A stretch of 64,000 nucleotides of DNA from Dehalococcoidia bacterium (GTDB lineage Bacteria > Chloroflexota > Dehalococcoidia > Bin125): assembly GCA_963662615.2 (NCBI GenBank), contig CAXXSR010000001.1, positions 608,001-672,000 of the forward strand, written 5' to 3'. Each line of letters opens with the position of its first letter. Position 1 is the stretch's first letter. Below are positions 29,348-37,628 of this stretch, one piece after another. The notes beneath the pieces were generated by a model. The model was not told where the DNA came from and did no database searches. It saw only the letters and a list, made by a program, of their open reading frames with translations. The translations under genes were made by a program, and so were the position numbers.

Positions 29348-29400
29348 TTGTGACCCCCCAGGGCCGATGCTATACTCGCAACTCGCGACTGATTTCACAA
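29348..29400 (+). promoter_or_regulatory. sigma70-type promoter of the nuo operon with an adjacent Rex-like operator
   Basis: TTGTGA-N17-TATACT with extended TG. TCGCGAC-TGAT-TTCACAA at 29383-29400 compares with the Rex consensus TTGTGAA-N4-TTCACAA. Confidence 0.6.
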
Positions 29401-29449
29401 ACGGATCGCAAGGGAGCGCTCACCGCAGCGGGCGGCGGAACGGACTGCT

Positions 29450-29824
29450 GTGCTTCTCGAGCAGTACGGCCATCTGGGCATCCTCCTCATCTTCGCGATC
29501 ATCTTTCCCTCCATCCCCCTCATCTCCTCCTGGGCCCTGCACCGGGCCAAGATCCGTCCCCACCTCCCCAACGTGGTCAAGGAGGACACCTACGAATGTG
29601 GCGTGGAGACGGAGGGCCCCACCTGGGTCCAGTTCAACTTCCGCTACTACCTCATTGCGCTCATCTTCGTGCTCTTCGACGTGGAAGTGATCTTCCTCTT
29701 CCCGCTCGCCGCCGCCCTTGACTCCGTGGCGCTCTTCGGCCTCGTCGCCGGGCTGATCTTCATCGGCATCCTGGCGCTGGGCCTCGTCTATGAATGGCGC
29801 AAGCGGGCCCTCGAGTGGCGCTGA
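29450..29824 (+). CDS. nuoA: NADH-quinone oxidoreductase subunit A
   Basis: TYECG, FRYYLIALIFVLFDVE, EWRKRALEW. Confidence 0.95.
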   Translation: MLLEQYGHLGILLIFAIIFPSIPLISSWALHRAKIRPHLPNVVKEDTYECGVETEGPTWVQFNFRYYLIALIFVLFDVEVIFLFPLAAALDSVALFGLVAGLIFIGILALGLVYEWRKRALEWR

Positions 29825-29855
29825 CGGCGCCCAGGCGCGGCGGAGGCATCCCGGC

Positions 29856-30446
29856 GTGACGGCCATCCTCGACCCCGGCGCCATCGCCCCCCGTCTGGAG
29901 GCCGCCGTCCCCGGCTCCGTCCGCTCCCGCGACGGCGGCGCTCTCACGCTCCAGCCCGAATCGCTCGACGCCGCGATCCGCTTCCTCCGCGACGACCCCG
30001 AGCTTGACCTCGTCTGCCTCGCCCAGCTCACCGCCGTGGACTGGGAGACGCATTTTGAACTCGTCTACCACCTCCAGTCGCTGGACCTCAACCACCTCCT
30101 GCTCTGCAAGACCGTGGCCTTGGACCATGAGGCGCCGCACGTGCCCTCCCTGACCCCGATCTATCGCGGCGCCTTGCTGCAGGAGCGGGAACTCTTCGAT
30201 CTCATGGGCATCCACTTCGACGGCCACCCCGACCTGCGCCGCATGTTCCTTTGGGACGGCTTCCCCGGGCATCCCCTGCGCAAGGACTTCATGGGCATGC
30301 CCGGCACGCTCCGGGCGGGCCTGCCGGGATTCCCGCACGAGTCCGGCGTCAACGCCTGGCCGGTGCCGGGCAGCGTGTCCGCCCCCGGCGCGCCGCCGGC
30401 GCGCCCCGGCGGCGCGCCCTCGCGCCCTCAAGGACCGCAGACATGA
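29856..30446 (+). CDS. nuoC: NADH-quinone oxidoreductase subunit C
   Basis: TAVDW, ERELFDLMGIHFDGHPDLRR, GHPLRKDF. Confidence 0.94.
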   Translation: MTAILDPGAIAPRLEAAVPGSVRSRDGGALTLQPESLDAAIRFLRDDPELDLVCLAQLTAVDWETHFELVYHLQSLDLNHLLLCKTVALDHEAPHVPSLTPIYRGALLQERELFDLMGIHFDGHPDLRRMFLWDGFPGHPLRKDFMGMPGTLRAGLPGFPHESGVNAWPVPGSVSAPGAPPARPGGAPSRPQGPQT

Positions 30447-31561
30447 GCGGGCAAACCCAGTCCGATCCGGCCGAGCCGGTCATCGTCAATCTGGGGCCGC
30501 AGCACCCCTCCACCCACGGCGTCTTCCGCATCAAGGTCGCCCTGGATGGCGAGCGCGTGCAGGACGCCGAGATGATCATTGGCTACTTGCATCGCTCCAT
30601 GGAGAAGCTGGCCGAAGAGCGCACCTACACGCAGAACATCCCTTTCACGGATCGCATCGACTACCTCGCGGCTATGACCAACAACCTGGCCTACTGCATG
30701 GCCGTGGAGAAGCTCGCGGGGGTCGAGGTGCCGCCGCGGGCGCAGGCCATCCGCATCCTCTTCGCGGAGCTGCAGCGCATCGCCAGCCACGCGATGGCGA
30801 ACGGCACCTTCGCCAACGATTGCGGCGCCTGGCAGACGCCGCTGTTCCACATGTTCCGCGAGCGGGAGCGCGTGCTCGACATGTTCGAGATGACCTGCGG
30901 CGCCCGTTTGACCACGAACTACATGCGCATTGGCGGCGTCGCCTTCGACCTTCCCGACGAACTCCTGCCCACCCTGCGAGAGTTCCTCCACGACATGCCC
31001 GAGAAGATCGGGGAGTACCACGACCTCCTCGTTGGCAACGAGATCCTCGTCGCCCGTGGCCGTGACGTCGGCAAGATCAGTGCGGAGGCGGCCATCAACG
31101 CGTCGCTCAGCGGTCCCATGCTGCGCGGCAGCGGCGTGCCCTGGGACCTGCGCAAGGCCGACCCCTACTGCGGCTACGAACACTTGGATTTTGACGTGCC
31201 CGTGGGCCGCAACGGCGACTGCTACGACCGCTTCCTCGTGCGCATGGAAGAGGTCAAGCAGAGCGTGCGCATCTTGGATCAGCTGGTGGACAACATCCCC
31301 GGCGGCCCCTGGCTCACCGCCGTCCCGCTCCACCTCCAGGCCCCCATCGGCGAGGCCTACGCGCGCGTCGAGTCGCCCCGCGGCGAACTGGGCTTCTACG
31401 TCGTCAGCGACGGCGGTCCCGTCCCCTACCGCTTCCACTGCCGCCCCCCCAGCCTCATCAACCTCACCGCCTTGCGCGAGATGACGATCGGTGGGACGTT
31501 GGCCGATGCGATTGTGACCCTCGGGTCGATCGATATCGTGGTGGGGGAGATCGACCGGTGA
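30443..31561 (+). CDS. nuoD: NADH-quinone oxidoreductase subunit D
   Basis: NLGPQHPSTHGV, GYLHR, DRIDY, ESPRGE, DIVVGEIDR; no NiFe CxxC motifs. Confidence 0.95.
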   Translation: MSGQTQSDPAEPVIVNLGPQHPSTHGVFRIKVALDGERVQDAEMIIGYLHRSMEKLAEERTYTQNIPFTDRIDYLAAMTNNLAYCMAVEKLAGVEVPPRAQAIRILFAELQRIASHAMANGTFANDCGAWQTPLFHMFRERERVLDMFEMTCGARLTTNYMRIGGVAFDLPDELLPTLREFLHDMPEKIGEYHDLLVGNEILVARGRDVGKISAEAAINASLSGPMLRGSGVPWDLRKADPYCGYEHLDFDVPVGRNGDCYDRFLVRMEEVKQSVRILDQLVDNIPGGPWLTAVPLHLQAPIGEAYARVESPRGELGFYVVSDGGPVPYRFHCRPPSLINLTALREMTIGGTLADAIVTLGSIDIVVGEIDR

Positions 31562-32826
31562 CTGGCGCCCTCGCGGCCTGGTACGACTTCCGCGACCTCA
31601 ACGGGATCAGCCGCGAGATCAGCGAGTGGGTGGCGGGCTGGGGGCCGGACTGGCTCGCCTCCTTCGTCACCGGGCTGCTCGGCGCCCTTGGCATCATTGC
31701 CATCATCGGCCCCACCCTCCTCCTGCTCATCTGGCTCGAGCGCAAGATCATCGCGCGCATGCAGAGCCGCTACGGCCCCAACCGCGTTGGGCCCCGGGGC
31801 CTGCTGCAGCCCGTCGCCGACGCGATGAAATTGATCCTCAAAGAGGAGTTGGCCCCCCGCGCCGCCGACAAGATGATCTTCCTGCTGCCGCCCATCCTGG
31901 TCTTCATCCCCGCCATCCTGATCTGGGGCGTGATCCCATTCGGCCCCAACATGCAGGTGGCCGACCTGAACGTGGGCGTGCTCTACTTCCTGGCGATCTC
32001 CAGCACCACCGTGCTGGTGGTCTTCATGGCCGGCTGGGCCTCCAACAACAAGTACGCCCTCTTCGGCGCCATGCGCGTCATCGCCATGTCCATCAGCTAC
32101 GAGATCCCGGCTGTCTTGGCCCTCCTCACCGTTGTCTTCTTCACCGGCACGCTCAGCGTCAACGGCATCGTCCAGTGGCAGCAGCAGAACGACGTGATCC
32201 TGCTGGTGATCCTGCCCATGGCGGCGTTCACGTTTCTCTTCGCCTCCACGGCGGAGCTCAACCGCACCCCCATTGACATCTCCGAAGCCGAGTCCGAGAT
32301 CGTCGCCGGCTACCACACGGAGTATTCGGGGATGCGCTTCGGGCTCTTCTACGCCGTGGAGCTGGCCAACACCCTCGCTATTTCCGCCTTCTTCGCCACG
32401 TTCTTCTTGGGCGGCTGGTGGCTCTGGGGTCTGGACGAGTGGGTGCCCAGCTGGATGATCCTGCTGGCCAAGACGGGCGCCATGTACTTTGTCTTCATCT
32501 GGCTCCGGGGCACGCTGCCGCGCTTCCGCATTGACCAGCTGATGAGCTTCTGCTGGAAGTTCCTGGTCCCCGTGGGGCTTCTCTTTGTGGCCGTGGCGGC
32601 GGTGGAGAGGACCCTCCTCATTGAGGAGGTGTGGGATGCCACCGCGGCGCTGCCGGTCTACGCCGTGGTCAACATCGCGCTCACCGCGGCGACCGTCGCT
32701 GTCTACGCGCGCCTCAGCGGCACGCCGGCGCAGCGCTTGCCCTCATCCCCAATCATGGCCCAAGGACGCCTGGGCGGCCTGCGGGCAGCGCGAGAACTCG
32801 CGCAACCCCTGGGAGGCGGCGACTAA
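31558..32826 (+). CDS. nuoH: NADH-quinone oxidoreductase subunit H (extended C-terminus)
   Basis: ERK..ARMQSRYGPNRVG, QPVADAMK, ISYE, EAESEIVAGYHTEYSG, PRFRIDQ. Confidence 0.95.
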   Translation: MTGALAAWYDFRDLNGISREISEWVAGWGPDWLASFVTGLLGALGIIAIIGPTLLLLIWLERKIIARMQSRYGPNRVGPRGLLQPVADAMKLILKEELAPRAADKMIFLLPPILVFIPAILIWGVIPFGPNMQVADLNVGVLYFLAISSTTVLVVFMAGWASNNKYALFGAMRVIAMSISYEIPAVLALLTVVFFTGTLSVNGIVQWQQQNDVILLVILPMAAFTFLFASTAELNRTPIDISEAESEIVAGYHTEYSGMRFGLFYAVELANTLAISAFFATFFLGGWWLWGLDEWVPSWMILLAKTGAMYFVFIWLRGTLPRFRIDQLMSFCWKFLVPVGLLFVAVAAVERTLLIEEVWDATAALPVYAVVNIALTAATVAVYARLSGTPAQRLPSSPIMAQGRLGGLRAARELAQPLGGGD

Positions 32827-32866
32827 CCCTGCCGGCGCGGCTCGCGCGCCGCTACGGAGCACGGCC

Positions 32867-33526
32867 TTGGATAGCGTTGGCTTTCATCTCGCTTTTTGGT
32901 CGCTGGCCGCCATCACCGTCGGCGGCGCCCTCATGGTGATCGTCAGCCGCAACCTCATCCACGCCGTCATCTACCTCATCCTCTCCTTCATTGGCGTGGC
33001 CGGGCTCTTCCTCACGCTCTCCGCCGACTTCCTCGCGCTGGTCCAAATCCTCATCTACGTGGGCGCCATCGCCGTGCTCATGCTCTTCGCCATCCTCCTC
33101 ACGCCGCATGCCATCCGCGACAATGCGGAGACGCCCATGCGCTACCCCGCGGCCATCCTCATGGGCCTGGTCATCGCTGCGGGCGCCTTTGTCGCGCTCG
33201 AAACCGACTGGGGCGCCATGCGCGACGAGGCCATCCCCGCCCAGGCCCGCGTCATTGGCGAGTCGCTGATCAACCACTACGTGCTGCCCTTCGAGATCGG
33301 CGCCGTCCTGCTCACGGCCGCGCTCGTGGGCGCGATCGCCTTGGCCCGCGAGGATGAGGAGGACGTCCCCATCCATCGCGACAGCCTCGCGCAGGAGAGC
33401 CTCGCGCAGGAGGCGCCGGGCGGCCTCCCTGAAGCTGCGGTGGCCGTCGCCCCGCCCGCGTCCGGTCCCGCCGCCGGCCCCTCGTCTCCCAGCGCGGGAG
33501 GCCCCAGCGCAGGAGGCGGCGCGTGA
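32867..33526 (+). CDS. nuoJ: NADH-quinone oxidoreductase subunit J
   Basis: ADFLALVQILIYVGAIAVL, YVLPFE; TTG start with GGAG SD. Confidence 0.93.
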   Translation: MDSVGFHLAFWSLAAITVGGALMVIVSRNLIHAVIYLILSFIGVAGLFLTLSADFLALVQILIYVGAIAVLMLFAILLTPHAIRDNAETPMRYPAAILMGLVIAAGAFVALETDWGAMRDEAIPAQARVIGESLINHYVLPFEIGAVLLTAALVGAIALAREDEEDVPIHRDSLAQESLAQEAPGGLPEAAVAVAPPASGPAAGPSSPSAGGPSAGGGA

Positions 33527-33837
33527 CCATCGCCTTGGAGGAATACCTGGTCGTTGCCGCCGTGCTCTTCGGCATCGGCCTCTATGTCGCACTGTCGAAG
33601 CGCAACGCCATTGGCGTGCTCATGGGGATCGAGCTGATGCTCAACTCCGTCAACCTCACCCTCGTGGCGTTCAGTCGCTTCTCGGAAAGCGCCGTCGCGC
33701 TCTCCACGCAGGTATTCGTGGTCTTCATCATCGCGGTGGCGGCGGCGGAAGTGGCGGTCGGCCTCGCCCTGGCGATGGTCGTCTACCGCAACCGCCACAC
33801 GGTCAGCATCGACGAGATCAACTTGATGAAGTGGTGA
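33523..33837 (+). CDS. nuoK: NADH-quinone oxidoreductase subunit K
   Basis: MGIELMLNSVN, VAAAEVAVGLA. Confidence 0.95.
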   Translation: MTIALEEYLVVAAVLFGIGLYVALSKRNAIGVLMGIELMLNSVNLTLVAFSRFSESAVALSTQVFVVFIIAVAAAEVAVGLALAMVVYRNRHTVSIDEINLMKW

Positions 33838-33855
33838 CGCACGGCAGGAGCGCCA

Positions 33856-34050
33856 ATGTGGGCTGAGTTGATGCAGGTACCGAACCGCTACATCGCCGAG
33901 ACCTGGCGCGATCTCCTCCACGCCGAAGGGATCGCCGTGCGGCTCATCGTCTTCCCGGAGCGCGCCGCCGACGGCGACTTCGCCCCACGACGCCTCTACG
34001 TGCCTGACTCCAAGACGCACGTCGCCCACGAGATCCTGCGCAAGATCTGA
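33856..34050 (+). CDS. Small protein (64 aa), DUF2007-like
   Basis: SD AGGAG; W.......AE....LL.AEGI...LYVP...A.EIL pattern; stop overlaps the nuoL start (TGATG). Confidence 0.72.
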   Translation: MWAELMQVPNRYIAETWRDLLHAEGIAVRLIVFPERAADGDFAPRRLYVPDSKTHVAHEILRKI

Positions 34051-35972
34051 TGAGCGAACCCGTCCCTGAAGGCATCATCTGGCTGATCTTCTTCTTGCCC
34101 GTGGCCTCCTTCGCGGCCATCGCCCTGTGGCTGCGACGGGCCCCGCGCCTGGCCGGCCTGACCACGGTCTTCGCCATCGCCCTCGCCTTCGCGCTCTCGC
34201 TCTACACGCTGGCGGAGGTGATCGGCGAAAACGGCGTCGCCGTCGGCTTCGGGACGCACGAGCTGTTCAGCGCCGGCGGCCTCATCGTCAACGTCGGCGC
34301 CCGCATCGACGGCCTCAGCGCGGTGATGCTGGTGGTCGTCACCAGCGTCTCCCTGCTCGTCCAGGTCTACTCGCTTGCCTACATGCGCGGCGACCGCGGC
34401 TTCAGCCGTTACTTCGCCTACATGTCTCTCTTCACCGCGGCCATGCTTGGCCTCATTCTTGCCGACAACCTGATCATGCTCTTCGCCTTCTGGGAGCTGG
34501 TCGGCATCGCCTCGTACCTGCTGATCGGCTTCTGGTTCCACCGCCCGGCCGCGGCCGCCGCGGCCAAGAAGGCGTTCTTGGTCACCCGCTTCGGCGACCT
34601 GGGGCTGCTGGCGGCGGTGATTCTGATCTGGTCCCGGGCCGGCACCTTCGACATCGCCGAGATCAACAGCGACGTGGTCGCGCTGGTGGGACTCGGCCTC
34701 TTCGGCCAGACCACGCTCACGCTGTTCGCCCTCGGCCTCATCGCCGGCGCCATCGGCAAGAGCGCGCAGTTCCCCCTCCATATCTGGCTGCCCGACGCCA
34801 TGGAGGGCCCCACGCCGGTCTCCGCTCTGATCCACTCCGCCACCATGGTCGCCGCCGGCGTCTACCTGCTCGCCCGCTTCTTCCCCGTGCTGGAGGCGTC
34901 CGCATTCGCCTCCGACTTCATCGCTTGGATCGGGGCCGTGACCGCGGTCGGCGCGGCGCTGCTCGCTGTCGTGCAGACGGACATCAAACGGGTCCTGGCC
35001 TATTCCACCATCAGCCAGCTCGCCTACCTGATGTTTGCGCTTGGCATCGGCGCCTATCCCGCGGCCGTCTTCCATCTCATGACCCACGCCTTTTTCAAGC
35101 CGTTGCTGTTCCTGGGCGCCGGCTCCGTCAGTCACACGACCAACACCTTCGACATGACGAAGATGGGTGGGCTCCGCCGGGCCATGCCGCTGACCTATAT
35201 CACCTTCGTCATTGGCTCGCTGTCGTTGGCGGGCATCATCCCGCTCGCCGGCTTCTGGTCTAAAGACGAGATCCTGATCGACGCTTGGGACCACAACAAG
35301 GCCATCTTCATCTTTGGCCTGATCGCGGTGGGGCTCACCGCCTTCTACATGTTCCGCGTCATCTCGCTGACCTTCCACGGCGACTACCGCGGCGGCGAGC
35401 CGCCCGCCCCGGACGAGCACGGCGTTGATCCCTCCCATCCCCATGAATCCCCTCGCAACATGACCGTGCCCATGGCGATCCTGGCCCTGATGGCCGTCAT
35501 CGCCGGCTGGATCACGTTTGGCGGCGAGTTTCAGACCTGGGTCAACGGCGCCTTGCCACAGTTCGAGGAGGGCCATTTCGAGTGGCGCACCGGCATCTTC
35601 CTGGCCTCCACCGCCCTCGCTGTCGCCGGCATCGGGGGGGCCGTGCTGATCTATCAGCGCGGCCTGATCGACGTTGCCGCCCTGCGCGCCGCGCCGCTCG
35701 TCGCGCCCATCGACAGGCTCTTGGCGAACAAGTTCTACATGGACGTCCTGGCGGAGGAGCTCTTGGTGCGCCGCCTCTTCTACGGCGGCGGCGCGCGCCT
35801 CGCCGCCGTCTTCGACGTCCAAGTCATCGACGCCACCGTCAACGGCGTCTGGCGCGCGACCTTCAACCTCGGCCGTTGGGGCCGCTTGGCGCAAAACGGA
35901 CAGGTGCAGACCGCAGCGGCGGGCCTGTTCGTGGGCGCGGCTGTCATCTGGGGCGTGGTGGTGATCTTCTAG
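34050..35972 (+). CDS. nuoL: NADH-quinone oxidoreductase subunit L
   Basis: WELVGIASYLLIGFW, GKSAQFPLHIWLPDAMEGPTPVSALIHSATMV, YSTISQL. Confidence 0.96.
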   Translation: MSEPVPEGIIWLIFFLPVASFAAIALWLRRAPRLAGLTTVFAIALAFALSLYTLAEVIGENGVAVGFGTHELFSAGGLIVNVGARIDGLSAVMLVVVTSVSLLVQVYSLAYMRGDRGFSRYFAYMSLFTAAMLGLILADNLIMLFAFWELVGIASYLLIGFWFHRPAAAAAAKKAFLVTRFGDLGLLAAVILIWSRAGTFDIAEINSDVVALVGLGLFGQTTLTLFALGLIAGAIGKSAQFPLHIWLPDAMEGPTPVSALIHSATMVAAGVYLLARFFPVLEASAFASDFIAWIGAVTAVGAALLAVVQTDIKRVLAYSTISQLAYLMFALGIGAYPAAVFHLMTHAFFKPLLFLGAGSVSHTTNTFDMTKMGGLRRAMPLTYITFVIGSLSLAGIIPLAGFWSKDEILIDAWDHNKAIFIFGLIAVGLTAFYMFRVISLTFHGDYRGGEPPAPDEHGVDPSHPHESPRNMTVPMAILALMAVIAGWITFGGEFQTWVNGALPQFEEGHFEWRTGIFLASTALAVAGIGGAVLIYQRGLIDVAALRAAPLVAPIDRLLANKFYMDVLAEELLVRRLFYGGGARLAAVFDVQVIDATVNGVWRATFNLGRWGRLAQNGQVQTAAAGLFVGAAVIWGVVVIF

Positions 35973-36029
35973 CGGCGCAATGCGTAGCGGCGCATTGCGT
36001 AACGGCGCGATGCGCCAAGGACGGGACTT

Positions 36030-37628
36030 GTGAACGGCGACGGCTTCCCCATCCTCTCCCTCCTGGTCTTCCTGCCCACGGCGGGGGCCCTGCTGATCGC
36101 CCTTCTGCCCAGCGAGCGCGTCCCCACGCACGCCCTCCTCGGCGCCCTGCCGGGCAACGAAGCGCAGCGCGCGCGCTGGCTCGCTCTGCTCATCGCCCTT
36201 GCCTCGCTGGGCATCTCCCTCGGCCTCTTCATCGATTTCGACCGCAGCGCCGGTGGCGCCGCCTTCCAGTACACGGACACGTTCACCTGGATCAAAGCCG
36301 ACGACGTCGGCTTCACGGTGACGTACGCCTTTGGCGTGGACGGGCTTTCCCTGCCCCTGGTCCTCCTCACCAGTCTGCTCACCACCGTCGCCGTCTTGAT
36401 CTCCTGGCGCATTGACCTGCGCCCCAAGGAGTACTTCGCCTGGCTGCTGATTCTGGAAACGGCGGTGCTGGGCGTCTTCACCTCGCTGGACCTGCTCTTC
36501 TTCTTCCTTTTCTGGGAGTTGGAGCTGATCCCCATGTTCCTGCTCATCAGCATCTGGGGCAGCGGCGATCGCAACTATTCGGCGATGAAGTTCGTCCTCT
36601 ACACGGTCTTCGGGTCGGCCTTCATGCTGGTCGGCTTCCTCGCCATGGGCGCCGCCGCCAGCACTTTCGACATGCGCGAGATCCGCGAGGCCGACCTGGC
36701 CGACGCCTTCCTGCCCGTGCAGGCCATCTTCGCCTTCGTGCTCATCGCCTTCGCCGTCAAGCTTCCGGTGGTGCCGTTTCACACCTGGCTCCCCGACGCC
36801 CACAGCGACGCGCCCACCGCCGTCTCCGTCATTCTGGCCGGTGTGCTCCTGAAGATGGGCGGCTACGGCATCCTCCGACTCCTCTTCACCATCATGCCTG
36901 AGGTCGGCGCGGACGCCAGTCTCTCCCTGGCCATCCTCGCCGTCGTCTCCATCCTCTATGGCGCCCTCGTCACGATCCGCCAGACCGATCTCAAGCGGCT
37001 GGTCGCCTACTCTTCCGTCTCGCACATGGGCTTCGTGCTTCTCGGCGTCTCCGCCCTCGGCGTCACCGGCCTCTCCGGCGCGGCCATGCAGCTCGTCGCG
37101 CACGGCCTCATCACCGGCCTTCTCTTCGTCATGGTCGGCCTGGTCTACGACCGTACCCACACCCGCGAGATCGCGGACATGCGGGGACTGGTGCACCACA
37201 TGCCGATCATTGGCGCCGTCATGATCTTCGCCGGCCTCGCCAGTCTCGGCCTGCCGGCGCTGGCCGGCTTCGTCGCCGAGATCACCGTCTTCCTCGGCGC
37301 CTTCTCCCGCCATGAGGTGCCCACGGCGCTCGCGCTGGTGGGGGTGCTGCTGGCCGCCGGCTACATGCTCTGGGTCCTGCAGCGTTCGTTCTTCGGCCCC
37401 CGCGACGACCGCTGGGAGCACCTGGAGGACGCCAAGTCGTGGTGGGAGTACGCGCCCATGGCCGTACTCTGCGGCGCCATCATCCTGCTGGGCGTCTATC
37501 CCAAGCTGGTCATGGAGCTGTTCGAGTTGGGGACGCAGCCCATTGCCGACGGGCTCCAGTTGGTCCGGGCCGGGCTCAGCGACGGCAGCGTCGCGGCGTT
37601 GCCCGGCCTCGGGGGGGGCGGCGGCTGA
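36030..37628 (+). CDS. nuoM: NADH-quinone oxidoreductase subunit M
   Basis: FWELELIPM, VKLPVVPFHTWLPDAH, LLKMGGYG, AYSSVSHMG. Confidence 0.96.
   Translation: MNGDGFPILSLLVFLPTAGALLIALLPSERVPTHALLGALPGNEAQRARWLALLIALASLGISLGLFIDFDRSAGGAAFQYTDTFTWIKADDVGFTVTYAFGVDGLSLPLVLLTSLLTTVAVLISWRIDLRPKEYFAWLLILETAVLGVFTSLDLLFFFLFWELELIPMFLLISIWGSGDRNYSAMKFVLYTVFGSAFMLVGFLAMGAAASTFDMREIREADLADAFLPVQAIFAFVLIAFAVKLPVVPFHTWLPDAHSDAPTAVSVILAGVLLKMGGYGILRLLFTIMPEVGADASLSLAILAVVSILYGALVTIRQTDLKRLVAYSSVSHMGFVLLGVSALGVTGLSGAAMQLVAHGLITGLLFVMVGLVYDRTHTREIADMRGLVHHMPIIGAVMIFAGLASLGLPALAGFVAEITVFLGAFSRHEVPTALALVGVLLAAGYMLWVLQRSFFGPRDDRWEHLEDAKSWWEYAPMAVLCGAIILLGVYPKLVMELFELGTQPIADGLQLVRAGLSDGSVAALPGLGGGGG

Noticed and set aside
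30443-31561. Group 4 NiFe hydrogenase or Mrp antiporter reading of the nuo-like operon
   Set aside because: The large subunit lacks both CxxC nickel motifs and keeps quinone-site residues, and nuoA, nuoH and nuoJ are complex I-type.
33996-37421. 1141-aa minus-strand ORF and other long antisense ORFs (50658-53252, 53641-55284, 11017-12759, 2681-4162)
   Set aside because: They are shadows of well-supported genes on the opposite strand, expected with high-GC codon bias, and have no recognisable motifs.
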